Source: Chiloscyllium plagiosum (Eukaryota). Taken from it: a DNA stretch of 64,000 bases. The stretch is taken from positions 3,896,379 to 3,960,378 of the forward strand of contig NC_057752.1 of assembly GCF_004010195.1 (NCBI RefSeq), given 5' to 3'. Position numbers and translations under genes: made by a program. The notes under the pieces were generated by a model. It worked only from the letters and a program-made list of their open reading frames with translations, did no database searches and was not told the DNA's origin. Below, in pieces: positions 1-13,267 of the stretch (position 1 is the first letter of the stretch; each line of letters opens with the position of its first letter).

Positions 1-500
1 GAGGTGATGAGGTTATGGATGGTCTGGGAGATGATGGTTTGGTGGTGGGAGGTGGGGTCATGGTCAAGGGGGCAGTAGGAGGAGGTGTCCGCGAGTTGGT
101 GTTTAGCCTCAGCGATGTAAAGGTCTGTGCACCAAACTACTACCGCGCCTCCCTTGTCTCCCGGTTTGATAGTGAGGTTGGGGCTGGAACGGAGGGAGTG
201 GAGGGCTATACGTTCCGATGCTGAGAGGTTGGAGTGGGTGAGAGGGGTGGAGAGGTTGAGGCGGTCAATGTCACGGCGGCAGTTGGCTATGAAAAGATCG
301 AGGGCGGTAAGAGGCCAACACCGGGTGTCCAGGTGGATGGGGTGTGTTGGAGGCGGGAGAAGGGGTCGTCAGAGGGTGGGTGGGAGTCCTGGTTGGAGAA
401 GTAGGCGCGGAGGCGAAGGCAGCGGAAGAATTGTTCGACGTCTCGCCGCGTGTTGAATTCGTTAATCTGGAAGCGTAGGGGGATGAAGGTATCCGAATAT
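1..500 (-). mobile_element. Penelope-like element (PLE) ORF fragment, region upstream of the RT core
   Basis: Minus strand translates ALHSLRSSPNLTIKPGDKGGAVVVW...QLADTSSYCPLDHDPT; the IKPxDKGGAVV motif is typical of PLE RT N-termini. Right boundary approximate. Confidence 0.75.
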
Positions 501-502
501 GA

Positions 503-2930
503 CCCAGTCCTATTTGCCAGTATTTGGCCTATAACCCTCTAAATCCTCCCTATTCACATACCCATCCAGGTGCCTTTTAAATGCTGTAATTGTATCAGCC
601 TCCACTACTTCCTCTGGCAGCTCATTCCATACAGGCAAGTGTGCCAAATGCCTTCCTCACTACCCTGTCTACCTGCAACTCCACTTTCAAGGAGCTATGC
701 ATTAACTGTAAAGGTACTGCCCTGGTTTGCATTACCAAAATACAACACCCCACGTTTATCTAACTTAAAGTTCATATCCCACTCCTCGCTCCATCTGATG
801 ATGGTCCCATTGTACTCCGAGATAATCATCTTCACTGTCCACTACACCACCTATTTTAGCGTCATTTGCAAACTTACTAACTATACATTCCATATTCACA
901 TCAAAATCATTTATATAAATGACAAAAAGTAGTGGACCCAGCACCGATCCTTGTGGCACTATGCTGGTCACAGGCCTCCAGTCTGAAAAGTAACCTTCTA
1001 CCACCACCCTCTGTCTGCTACCTTCAAGCCAATTTTGTGTCCAATTGGCCAGTTCTCCCTGTATTCCACGTGTTCTAACCTTACTAACCAGTCTACCAAG
1101 TAGAACCTCATTGAATGCTGAAGTCCACATAGACAATGTCTACCATTCTGCCTTCATCAATTTTCTTTGTGACCTCTTCATAAAACTCGATTGAGTTATT
1201 TGAGACATGATTTCCCTCGCACAAAGCCATGTTCACTATCCCTAATCAGTCCTTGCCTTTCCAAATACATGTACATCCTGTCCCTCAGAATCCCCTCCAA
1301 CAACTTAATTACCACTGCCATCAGGCTCACCGGTCTACAGTTCCCTGGCTTTTGCTTACCACCTTTCTTAAATAATGCCACCATATTACCCACTCTCCAG
1401 TCACCCGCGCCTCACCCATGGCCGTCGATGATACAAATATCTCAGCAATCTCTTCCCGAGCTTCTCACAAAGATCTGGGAAACACCTGATCAGGTCCCAA
1501 GGATTTATGTAAATGTATGCATTTAAAAATCTCCAGCACCTTCTCCTTGATAACATGAATCCTTTCCAAGACATCGATATCTATTTCTCCAATTTCCCTA
1601 GCCTCCAAGTCCTTCTCCACAGTAAATAATGAAGCAAAGTGTTCATTTAGTATCTCACCCTTCTCCTATGGTTTCACACATAGATGGTCATGGCAAAAAT
1701 GAGGACTGCAGATGCTGGAGATTAGACTTGAGAGTGTGGTGCTCGAAAAGCACAGCAGGTCAGGTAGCATCCGAGGAGCAGGAGAATCGACATTTCGGAC
1801 AAAAGCCTCAGGAATGAGGCTGTGAGATGAGGGGGTGGTAAAATAAATGGGAGAGGGGGTGGGGCTGGGGGAAAGGTAGCTGAGAGTGCGAGAGGTGGAT
1901 GGAGGTGGGGGTGAGGGTGATAGGTCAGAGACGGGGGTGGAGCAGATAGGTGGGAAGGAAGATGGACAGATAGGACAGGTCATGAGGGCAGTGCTGAGCT
2001 GGAAGGTTAGATCTGGGATAAGGTGGGGGTAGGGGAAATTAGGAAACGGGTGAAATCCACATTGATGCCGTGGGGTTGGAGGGTCCCGAGGTGGAAGATC
2101 AGGCGTTCTTCCTCCAGGCGTTGGGTGGTTAGAGACACAGATGGCGATGTTGATCTTTAAAGGGCCCTATTCTCTCCCTAGTTACTCTTTTGCCCTTAAC
2201 GTACTTATAGAATCTCTTTGGAATCTCCTGAACTCTATTTGCCAAAGCTATCTCATGTCCCCTTTTTGCCCTCCTGATTTCCCTCTCAAATAGATTCCTA
2301 CTTGCCCTTATACTCCTCTAAGGATTCATTCGATCCCAGCTGTCCAAACCCAATATACATTTCCTTCTTTTTCTTGACCACAGCCTTAATTTCTATAGTT
2401 ACCCAGCATTCCCTACACCTACTAGTCTTCCCCTTCACACTAACAGGAACATACTATCTCTGAGCTCTTGTAATCTCATTTTTAAAGGCCTCCCACTTTA
2501 CCTGTGAATAACAACCCCTTCCCATTGACTTTTGAAAGTTCCTGCCTAATACTGTCAAAATTGGCCTTACTCCAGTTTAGAACTTTAACTTTACAATCAG
2601 TTCTATCCTTCTTCATCACTATTTTAAAACTAATAGAATTATGATCACTTGCCCCAAAGTGCTCCCCCACTGACACCTCAGTCCCTTTCCCTGCCTTATT
2701 TTCCAAGAGAAGGTCAAGTTTTACTCCTTCTCTAGTTAGTCCATCCACATATTGAATAAGAGAATTTTCTTGTACACACTTAACAAATTCGTCCCCATCT
2801 AAACCCTTAACACTACTGCAGTCCCTGTCTATGTTTGGAAAGTTAAAATCCCCTACCATTGCAACACTATTATTCTTACAGATATGTATAATTTACTGAC
2901 ATTTTTGTTTCTCAATTTGCCACTGACAAT
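503..2930 (-). mobile_element. Degenerate CR1-clade LINE (HER1-like), internally deleted and interrupted by a PLE
   Basis: Minus ORFs with VGDFNFPNID (APE endonuclease), GNCRPVSL and PQGSVLGPLLFVIYIND/KFAND (RT); same family as 7213-9471. Confidence 0.9.
1691..2133 (-). mobile_element. PLE 3' end (family A) inserted in the CR1 copy
   Basis: Minus strand encodes RLEEERLIFHLGTLQPHGINVDFT (GIY-YIG C-terminal tail), then a C-rich UTR and a pseudo-LTR with a deleted hammerhead core; flanked by imperfect ACAYAGATGG repeats. Confidence 0.75.
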
Positions 2931-3411
2931 TAATCAAATGCACGTTCTTTTACTTTTTTACATTGATTGGAAAAGAATTCCAGGGCTCCAGGGAGGAGGC
3001 ACTGGAGTAGGACTTGCTGAGTTGCCCTTGCAGAATATCAAGGACTGAATAGACTCCATCTGCACTGATACTGTTCAATGATTCTAAATTAGAGGACCCT
3101 ATTTTAATTGGACAAACAAAGTTGCATTTGATTTATCTTTTCCTGTAACATAGTTTTCAGGTTCACTCAGTAACTGCCTGGACTGTTTTAGATATTATAA
3201 AGAGCTTACCATGTGGTAAACCAGGGCAGCAACCCTCTCCCCCAATATTATTCCATGGGACAGTATGTCTTAAATGACCCTCGAAAGAGACAATTCCTTC
3301 AGATTGGAACAAGTTACCAACACCATATAACCCTCAAGTGGCTTGGAGAATCTTTTTCCTCGTGTTCAGTGATTTCCCTTTAATTATCTGCAACCGTTTA
3401 AATTTCAGCCG

Positions 3412-3899
3412 ACCCTCTTCCGCGGTTACGTTAGGGCCCGGGTGTCCTTGGAGAAGGAGCACGCGGTGTCCACCAACACCCTGGAGTTGTTCAGGGAGAG
3501 GTGGGCGCCGCAGGGAGTGGAGTGCATCATTTCTCCCTCCAACTCTATTTTGATTTAATCCCTGCCCTCCCCTTCACTGTTTGATCACACAGCACTGCCC
3601 TTTGATGTAAAGGGCAAGATGTGCAGGTCAGGTGAATTGGCCATGCTAAATTGCCCGTAGTGTTAGGTAAGGGGTAAATGTAGGGGTATGGGTGGGTTGC
3701 ACTTCGGTGGGTCGGTGTGGACTTGTTGGGCCGAAGGGCCTGTTTCCACACTGTAAGTAATCTAATCTAATCTAACACCTGCACACACACACCATGGGTG
3801 CTGGGGAAAAAATAAGCACTACTGAACTTAGGTGGTAGTGTGGGGGTTAAAGAAAAAAGAAAAAAAAGAGAAACTCTAGGGATTATTTCCCCCTCCAAC
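3412..3899 (+). mobile_element. Tx1/L1-clade retrotransposon 3' fragment with nested HE1 SINE piece
   Basis: Encodes [25 protein letters not shown]-rich tail; 13-bp duplication TAAATTTCAGCCG at 3399-3411 and 3900-3912. Confidence 0.6.
3617..3775 (+). mobile_element. HE1-type V-SINE, 3' half
   Basis: Closely matches the 3' half of 34302-34610; (AATCT)n tail. Confidence 0.85.
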
Positions 3900-5425
3900 T
3901 AAATTTCAGCCGCATACAATTTCCCAATCCCACCACTAGGGTGAGCTAGTTACAGGGCAATGGGTTGTTCGGACCAGGATGAATGATGGGCCTTGCAAGC
4001 AAAGCTATTTGAAGTTTGAGAAAGGAACAGAAACGATGGAAGAAGAAGGTGAATTGGAGTGCAGTTAGGTACAGAAAGGGAAGAAAGACTGGATGAGCAG
4101 CAAAAGCGACAGAGAGGAAAAATAAGAAAAAAAAACTTATTTTAAAATTTGGCATATTTAAAACTTACCTGAAAAATTGAAAACCAAAAGAAATGATACT
4201 TATAGGTGTCAATGGCCATTTGGCAGTCATAACTCGTATAACCTCATTACGGGTGCCCCTATTTGCTAGATCTAACTTTCTCTCGTGAATTTGTTACAAG
4301 TTTAATGTGCAAATCTAGCAAGTTCTTGAAGGTAACAGAAAGGTTGAGAGAAAGATGAGTTTTATATCTGGTAATGTTAGGAAGGTAAGTTCTGGAATTT
4401 TCCAATGACATGGCATATCTCCTAAACCCTGAATTTGCTGGCCAATTTTCACTTAATATTGGTGACCTTTCTGAATGTGAGTATTGTTATGATAATGATA
4501 AACATACACTATCAATATTCAACATTTATCAATTGTATTTAATACTGAAGACTTTTATGGATTAAAAAATGGATTTAGAAGGACACAACTGACCTAAAAT
4601 GGCTGCTGTGATCACCTCACAAGCCCACGTAATCTGCACGAAATATACAAAACTGGCTGCATTGGAATTACTAATTTAATCATGAGGCACTGAAATTCAA
4701 AGAGGTGTCAAGAAATTCTCATCTCTAGTTTGATTCTCACTAATTCACATATTGAGAGATGAAAGATTGGCTAGAACTATCAAGTTTAGAGTCCAGAATC
4801 CATAAAGGAACAGTAGTCTCAACACTAGCCTTTGAGCAAAAGGAGACAGAAAGCAACATGAACTGATAACAGCAAGGATCTGAAAAGCTTTTTTTTTTCA
4901 ATTACAGAAACCAATGTCAGTGGAAAGCAATTTGGTAAACCACTATTCACTGGGAAATCGAGGTTATCTGCAAGATGCATAACTCCTGAAGAAACGGGAC
5001 AACCACTAACCATTGTGGCTCAGGTTTCACTCTCACAACCTAAGGACTTTTAAAAACTTTAAATGCAACTGTCTGTACCTTCCTGTCTGCATAAACAATC
5101 TTCTCCCCTGCCCCCCCCTATTTTTAAAAATGTATTATCTGTGTTAGTGTGTATGTGTTTCGTGTTATTTTCTTATTTTTCTCAGGTTTAACATGTAATA
5201 AAACTTGACTCTCACTCAAAAAAAAATTTGGAATTTGCTGGATTTTGATTTGGTTAACTAAGTTTAATGAAATATGATAGCTACGTGCTGAAAAAATAAA
5301 AAAAAGGTTTGTTGCAAGTGACTAAGGGGAAGTTAAAAACAGGTAAACAAAATATGACACTGAACCACATACGAAGATGTTAGATCAGGTAACAGAAAGC
5401 TTGGTCAAAGGGTAATTTTTTAAGA

Positions 5426-5630
5426 TTTGGAGATGCCGGTGTTGGACTGGGGTGTACAAAGTTAAAAATCACACAACACCAGGTTATAGTCCAACAGGTT
5501 TAATTGGAAGCACACTAGCTTTCAGAGTGTCTCTCCTTCACCTGATGAAGGAGCGACGCTCCGAAAGCTAGTGCTTCCAATTAAACCTGTTGGACTATAA
5601 CCTGGTGTTGTGTGATTTTTAACTTTGTCA
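5426..5630. mobile_element. Fold-back mini-PLE (family B) with hammerhead motif
   Basis: Near-perfect palindrome 5456-5628 plus a ~30-nt one-sided tail; TTTTTAAGA duplicated at 5417-5425 and 5631-5639. Confidence 0.8.
5539..5573 (+). ncRNA. Minimal type I hammerhead ribozyme motif
   Basis: CAC-CTGATGA-A-GGAGC-GAC-GCTCC-GAAA-GC-TA-GTG: stem I CAC/GTG, 5-bp stem II, palindromic AGCT stem III. Confidence 0.75.
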
Positions 5631-6371
5631 TTTTTAAGAAATGCCTTAAAAGAGGAAAGCGAGGAAGAGAAATGCAAAATGCTGCAATTGCTGGAAATCT
5701 GAAATAAAAACAAAGTGCTGGTAAAATTCCGCAGAGGTAGCATAATATTCAATCTCACTCTTTTAAAATCAAAATGTTGCTTGACTGGGTGCCAATATAG
5801 GTCAGTGAGCACAGGGGTGATATTAGTTGGTGTGAGTTATGACAAGACAGGAGAGTTTCAGATAATCTCAATATTTTCAGTCCCAATCCTGACTAACATC
5901 TTGAGAATTGCGATTGTCAAAATGCACACACACGCACACGCACGCACACAGAGTCTGAGAAAGCTGACAGGTAAGGGCTGAGGAAATCTCAGAACAGACT
6001 TTGCACCTTATTAATTTCTAATGTGGCTCACATGCCAATAATAAAAGAAAAATCCATTATAATAAATGAAGTATTAGCAGCTCTATTTAAAAATTCATAA
6101 ATCCCAGCCATAAAATGAAAATGTAATTACATTTCTTTATTAAGATTTAAGTATGACCCTGGATTTATGAAGTGACTTTTTTTTTCTGACTTAAACTTTT
6201 CCTGATTTAAAGTTTTTCATGACCTATATTAGTGCATGGGTAAGTAATTGTGGTAAAAATGCATTCTCCAAGCAGAGGGATTATTGATTGTTTCTAAAAG
6301 AAGGCACAGAATGGTTACAGTGCAAGAGGAGGCCACTCAACCCATGATACCCATGCTGGTTCTCTGTCAAA

Positions 6372-6491
6372 GTTTAGATTAGTGTGGTGCTGGAAAAGCA
6401 CAGCCGGTCAGGCAGCATCCAAGGAGCAGGAAAATCAACATTTTGGGCAAAAGCCCTTCATCTGATCTCCAGCATCTGCAGTCCTCACTTT
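6372..6491. mobile_element. Rearranged family A PLE pseudo-LTR remnant
   Basis: GTGCTGGAAAAGCACAG...GGCAGCATCC...GGGCAAAAGCCCTTCATC shared with 40597-40829. Confidence 0.7.
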
Positions 6492-7212
6492 TGTTCATTC
6501 ACCTGTCTTTTCTACCCCAGCCCTGCGAAATGTTTTTCTTCTCAAAATTATTTAATTTCTTTTTCAAACTACCTCTCCCACACTCTTGGGCAGTCCTTTC
6601 CAGATCCCAACCACTTGCTCTATTTAAAAATAAAGGTTTTGCTCATATCACGATTGCTTCTTTTGCCATTCACCTTAAATACGTGTTCTCTGGTTCTTGA
6701 CCCTTCCTACAATGGTAACAGTCTATCCCTATCTGACCTGTCCACTTCTCACGTGATTTTTAATACATTTAATGGCATTCTTCTGAACTGTGATTTTATG
6801 TTGTGACACTGTACCCACTCTCTCACAGGCTGCGAAGATTGATGTCTTGATGCCGATAATGGTTTTCATTGTGCCATTGAGCATCTGGGATTTTTGCAAA
6901 CAATAGGCCAAACAGTATGTCTCTATAACCAGGGAGAATTAATAACTGGGACAGAAACAGAGGAAGGACTGAGAAAGAGGGTGAATGAGAGTAGGCATGG
7001 TCAATCTCAACTCAGGTACAGAAAGAGAAATCAAAAGAAAGCTGGAAAAACTGGACTGAGAGAGAGAGAAAGGAATGTTGAGATGTTACATTTTGTCAAA
7101 ATCTCTGAACACAATTTGCTTTCTGAAGGAATGAAACTCTCCATTCGAAATTGTTTATTTTCTGGGTAGAAATCTACTCTTGGGAAATAAGGCAGGGCAG
7201 GTGACTGAGGGG

Positions 7213-9471
7213 TCACTTTGGGGCCAGCGACCATAATTCTATTAGTTTTAAAATAGTGATGGAAAAGGATAGACCAGATCTAAAAGTTGAAGTTCTAAAT
7301 TGGAGAAAGGCCAATTTTGACGGTATTAGGCAAGAACTTTCAAAAGCTGATTGGAGGCAGATGTTCGCAGGTAAAGGGACGGCTGGAAAATGGGAAGTCT
7401 TCAGAAATGAGATAACAAGAATCCAGAGAAAGTATATTCCTGTCAGGGTGAAAGGGAAGGCTGGTAGGTATAGGGAATGCTGGATGACTAAAGAAATTGA
7501 GGGTTTGGTTAAAAAAGAGAAGGAAGCATATGTCATGTATAGACATGATAGATCGGGTGAATCCTTCGAGTGTAAAGGCAGTAAGAGTATACTTAAGAGG
7601 GAAATCAGGAGGGCAGAAAGGGGACATGAGATAGCTTTGGAAAATAGAGTTAAGGAGAATCCAAAGAGTTTTTACAAATACATTAAGGACAAAAGGGTAA
7701 CTAGAGAGAGAACAGGGCCCCTCAAAGATCAGCAAGGAGGCCTTTGTGTGGAGCCACAGAAATGAGGGAGATACTAAACGAGTATTTTGCAACAGTATTT
7801 ACTGTGGAAAAGGATATGGAAGATATAGAATGTAGGGAAATAGATGGTGACATCTTGAAAAATGTCCATATTACAGAGGAGGAAGTGCTGGATGTCTTGA
7901 AATGCTAAAAGTGGATAAATTCCCAAGACTTGATCAGGTGTACCCTAGAACTCTGTGGGAAGCTAGGGAAGTGATTGCTGGGCCTCTTGCTGAGATATTT
8001 GCATCATCTATAGTCACAGGTGAGGTGTCGGAAGACTGGAGGTTGGCGAATGTGGTGCCACTGTTTAAGAAAGGTGGTAAGGACAAGCCAGGGAACTATA
8101 GACCAGTGAGCCTGACCTCACTGGTGGGCAAGTTGTTGGAGGGAATCCTGAGGGACAGGATGTACATATATTTGGAAAGGCAAGGACTGATTAGGGATAG
8201 CCAACACGGCTTTGTGTGTGGGAAATCATGCCTCACAAACTTGTTTGAGGTTTTTGAAGAAGTAACAGAGACGATTGATGAGGGCAGATCGGACTTGTGA
8301 TCTATATGGACTTCAGTAAGGCGTTCGACAAGGTTCCCCATGGGAGACTGATTAGCAAGGTTAGATCTCATGGAATACAGGGAGAACTAGCCATTTGGAT
8401 ACAGAACTGGCTCAAAGGTAGAACACAGAGGGTGATGGAGGAAGGCTGTTTTTCAGACTGGAGGCCTTTGACCAGTGGAGTGCCACAAGGATCGGTGCTG
8501 GGTCCTCTACTTTTTGTCATTTACATAAATGATTTGGATGCGAGCATAAGAGGTATAGTTAGTAAGTTTGCAGATGACACCAAAATTGGAGGTGTAGTGG
8601 ACAGCGAAGAGGGTTACCTCAGATTACAACAGGATCTTGATCAGATGGGCCAATGGGCTAAAGAGTGGCAGATGGAGTTTAATTCAGATAAATGCGTGGT
8701 GCTGCATTTTGGGAAAGCAAATCTTAGCAGGACTTATACACTTAATGGTAAGGTCCTACGGAGTGTTGCTGAACAAAGAGACCTTGAAGTACAGATTCAT
8801 AGCTCCTTGAAAGTGGAGTTGCAGGTAGATAGGATAGTGAAGAAGGCATTTGGTATGCTTTCCTTTATTGGCAAGAGTATTGAGTATAGGAGTTGGGAGG
8901 TCATGTTGTGGCTGTACGGGACATTGATTTGGCCACTTTTGGAATATTGCGTGCAATGCTGGTCTCCTTCCTATCGGAAGGATGTTGTGAAAGTTGAAAG
9001 GGTTCAGTAAAGATTTATAAGGATGTTGCCAGGGTTCGACGATTTGAGCAATAGGGAGAGGTTGAATAGGCTGGGGCTGTTTTCCCTGGAGCGTTGGAGG
9101 CTGAGGGGTGACCTTATTGAGGTTTGTAAAATCATGAGGACCATGGATAGGATAAATAGACAAAGTCGGGGAGTCCAGAACTGGAGGGCATAGGTTTAGG
9201 GTGAGAGGGGAAAGATATAAAAGAGACCTAAGGGGCAACTTTTTCACGCAGAGGGTGATACATGTATGGAATGACCTGGCAGAGGAAGTGGTGGAGGCTG
9301 GTACAATTGCAACATTTAAAAGGCATCTGGATGGGAATATTAATAGGAAGGGTTTGGAGGGATATGGACCAGGTGCTGGCAGGTGGGACTAGATTGGGTT
9401 GGGATATCTGGTCGGCATGGACGGGTTGGACCAAAGGATCTGTTTCCGTGCTGTACATCTCTATGACTCTA
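7213..9471 (+). mobile_element. 5'-truncated CR1-clade LINE (HER1-like), frameshifted ORF2 with RT and 3' UTR
   Basis: ORFs 7256-7765, 7902-8300 and 8297-9010 carry GNYRPVSLTS, DFSKAFDKV, GVPQGSVLGP and KFADD; ends CTCTATGACTCTA. Confidence 0.95.
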
Positions 9472-10304
9472 AGTGAATTGGTGCTCATGAACAATTATGG
9501 CATTGTTAGAAAGGGTACTTTGCAACGATAATTACTGGATCTAACAGTCTGTGGCGAGTTTAATAGGGTGTTGATGTACAAATCCAGTAACTTAATTGTG
9601 CTCTCAGGGAGGCTGTTCTTGCGTGGCAAAATGGCACAAACTGGCCAGTATTGTTTGAATCTGCAGGATGTCTCACTACAAGTTGCTGGCTGATAGATGC
9701 TCACCATTATTAATGCACCAATCAGGCACCATCCTATCTTCAGCAAAACCAGGTCATTTTTACCTGTGTACTTCCTCTATCGTGCTTCCTACTGTTTCCC
9801 TAATGGGATTTTCCAACAATTTTTGATAATATCATGATCACCATTACTCAGGCTAGCTTTATATTTCCAGATTTAGTCGTTGAATTGAGATTCCACCAGC
9901 TCCTGAGGTGGTATTTAAACCCAGGTCCAAGAGCATTAACCTGGGCCTCTGGGTTACCAATCTGTTAACACTATCACTGTGTGGAGCATCCAATGGCAGG
10001 GATTCTGCGGAGGGGCACTGAATGTGGGAGGTCATGATGACAATTCATCGAATATGTCTGGCCACAGTTAGCAAGCTGATTCTGTCATTGGCGATGGAGC
10101 TGTTGGTGCCAAAGATAGTGAAGATTCCCTTGGACAGGTCAAGGTAGTGGTTAGGGGAAGAGATACTGGTGATGCAATAAGATGTGATGTTTACAGGAAG
10201 AAGGACATATCACAAAGCAAACACCACCCTCCACCCCCCCCCCCAATAAAAAGATCCAGTCTATATTTGACAGAAAGGTGAAAACCAGGAAATCTGAATT
10301 TTGT

Positions 10305-10770
10305 AGGATGTTGCCAGGGTTGGAGGATTTGAGTGCTAGGGAGAGGCTGAACAGGCTGGGGCTGTTTTCCCTGGAGCGTCGGAGGTTGAGGGGTGACCTT
10401 ATAGAGTTTTACAAAATTATGAGGGGCATGGATAGGATAAATAGACAAAGTCTTTTCCCTGGGGTCAGGGAGTCCAGAACTAGAGGGCATAGGTTTAGGG
10501 TGAGAGGGGAAAGATATAAATAAAGACTAACGGGCAACTTTTTCACACAGAGAGTGGTACGTGTATGGAATGAGCTGCCAGAGGAAGTGATGGAGGCTGG
10601 TACAATTGCAACATTTAAGAGGCATCTGGATGGGTATATGAATAGGAAGGGTTTGGAGGGATATGGGCTGGGTGCTGGCAGGTGGGACTAGATTGGGTTG
10701 GGATATCTGGTTGGCATGGACAGGTTGGACCGAAGGGTCTGTTTCCGTGCTGTACATCTCTAGGACTCTA
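10305..10770 (+). mobile_element. CR1 (HER1-like) 3' fragment
   Basis: [10 protein letters not shown]...LGLFSLERRRLRGDLIE; same 3' UTR as 7213-9471. Confidence 0.9.
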
Positions 10771-11186
10771 TGTTGAAGTTGACGGGATATTTATTGGAAA
10801 GCAGAACATCAGGTCACCCTAATTCTTGGGGCAGTGTAGCTAAGAATGCTGAGTGCTCAAAATAGAAAACGCATTGCATTTCAACCACAACAACAGCTCA
10901 CACCTTAATAAAGGTAGATTTTTTTACAACATTTTTAAAAAAAAGGATAATTCTCCAAATGCAAGGGAGGCCTTTAACTGCACATGGCAGCAAAGTTGAT
11001 TTAATATTGGGAAGTACCTGCAGGATACTTGATCATTCCCGTTGTATTATGGTTCATCCCAGTGATCGACCAGACATTTTCTTTCTACCAGGGTGCAACA
11101 CCTTGAAACTGCACAAGTGCAGCTTGAAGGAACTTGTATTCCCCTGTATGCTCCAGATCAACGTTAACACGAGGGAGCTGCTGAGC

Positions 11187-11640
11187 ATCATAGAGTGGTA
11201 CAGCATGGAAACAGACCCTTCGGTCCAACTCATCCATGCCAACCAGGTATCCTAAACTGAACTAGTCCCATTTGCCTGCATTTGGCCCATATCCCTCTAA
11301 ACCTTTCCTATTCATGTACCTGTCCAAATGTCCTTTAAATGTTGTAATTGTACCCCCTTCTACCATTTACTCTGACAGCTCATTGCATACACTCACACCA
11401 CCCTCTGCATGAAAATGTTGCCCCTCAGGTTGCTTTTAAGTCTTTCCCCTCTCACCTTAAACCTCTGCCATCTAGTTTTGGACTCCCCTACCCTCGGGAA
11501 AAGATGTCAGCTATTCACCCTATCTCTGCCCCTCATGATTTTATAACCATCTCTGAGGTCAGCCCTCCACCTCCTGCACTGCAGTGAAAAATGTCCTAGC
11601 CTATCCAATCTCCCTTCATAACTCAAAGTCTCCAGTGCTT
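11187..11640 (-). mobile_element. CR1 (HER1-like) 3' fragment
   Basis: Reverse complement of the same 3' end. Confidence 0.85.
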
Positions 11641-12789
11641 TCCAACATTAGGAGACCGTTCAATCACCAAAGTGTGAAGAGAGTGAGGATTAGCAACAAG
11701 AACAACTCAAATGTCTTTAATGTAATGAAAAGATGACTAGTGGTAGAGCAATTAAATTGAGAGATATAGAAGAGATCAGAATTAGAGGAGCACAGAGTTT
11801 TCAGAGTTGTAGAGTTGGAGGAAATGATAGAGGCAGGGAGAGGTGAGGCCATGGGTTTGAAAATATTTTAACAATTGTTATAGACCAATGGTTTAGTGAA
11901 CACCCTCTATTGTGCAAAGGGTTGGCTTGACTCCTGTATTCTGTGAGCCCCTAAGTATACCTGTGTGGCACGAGGTGAACATAGGATTGCACGAGGTGTG
12001 ATGATCTTCAGAAAGGAATGGACATCTGGTACTCACTGTCTAAATTTCTGTATGAACTCCATTCTTAAAACTGTGACCTCTGAACAACTTCAGAAGATGA
12101 GGAAAGTGAAAAAAGAGATGTTAAGAAGGACCATTTATCCTTCCAGAACATTGACTTTCCATGTTATATTTAACTTCCTTTTATCAAAAGTTGAACATTT
12201 CCCAGTACAGACAATGCAAGACAAAGAAGCCCCTCATTGGAAATCCAAATGGCACAATGCTCTCTGTTAGCACCTGAAGCAAGGAGATTGCTTGTCACAG
12301 AGTGAAGCCTGTGGCAAGAACCTGCATGTGGGGTCTTTTAACATGGAGAGGCTGTTGTGCTACAGCTATCACATGGTTCTAACTGACAAGGAAACCCTCT
12401 GACTCTCATCACCGACCACAGATGCATCAGAAGGTTTTAATGTCCATTTGGCCACACCACATTTACTGTGGCTATCAGATCTTGGAATGGGACATGAATC
12501 CAGAGCTTCTAGGTCAGAGGTCTGAATGCTATCCACTGCACAACAAGAATTTGCATATGACACAACTATAAACGGACTATTATGTTTTATATTATACTTA
12601 ATTCAGGATAATTTGTGAAGCCAACTTGTGTGTATTCATATTCCTGAGACCTTCAGGGGCTGATAATGTAGAGACTGTATTTCTTCATTTTTTTCTGAAT
12701 CTTTGATCATGGATTAAAATGGGAAAAGGATTGCTTTAAAATCCAAGGAATGTGGAAAGGGGTACTGTGCTTTTTAAGAGCAGGATACT

Positions 12790-13100
12790 GTCGCCAAATG
12801 TAGCTCCCACAAATAGCAATGTGATAGTTACCAGATCATGTTGCTGAGATATAAATATTGACCAGGACACCAAAGTCACCAGAATTTCTTATTTGAAATA
12901 ATATGCTGGCATTTGTTCCATCCACATGACAGGGCAGCTGATTTAATGTCTCATCCAAAAGGCATCCTCTGGTAGTACAATACTCCCTCAGTACTTCATG
13001 TCTCAGCACAAGCTGGGAGTATTGGCCTGGATTGTGTGTCAAGTCCCTGGAGTGGGAATCATGACCTTCAGACTGGAGTGCTCTCTACTGAGCCACATCT
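12790..13100 (-). mobile_element. Old Deu-domain SINE remnant
   Basis: Similar to 13268-13770 and, in reverse, to 35680-36060. Confidence 0.5.
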
Positions 13101-13267
13101 CCAAATCAATAGTGTGGCATTTTACTTCGCTGTGATGCTGTTACTTTATCAAACCCACAACCCTCAAAACAACTGCCTCAATTCTAACAAGGTATTACTT
13201 TCACTGGGCGTCTCCTTATCTGCTGTTACCTTGTTAAGCATCTTATCAAGGAAGCAGCCATCTGTAA

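Noticed and set aside
5456..5628. DNA-transposon MITE or pre-miRNA
   Set aside because: The one-sided tail, variable TSD lengths among similar elements and hammerhead core fit a PLE-type origin better.
7256..9010. RT ORFs as an active retrotransposon or host gene
   Set aside because: The copy is 5'-truncated, with stops and frameshifts.
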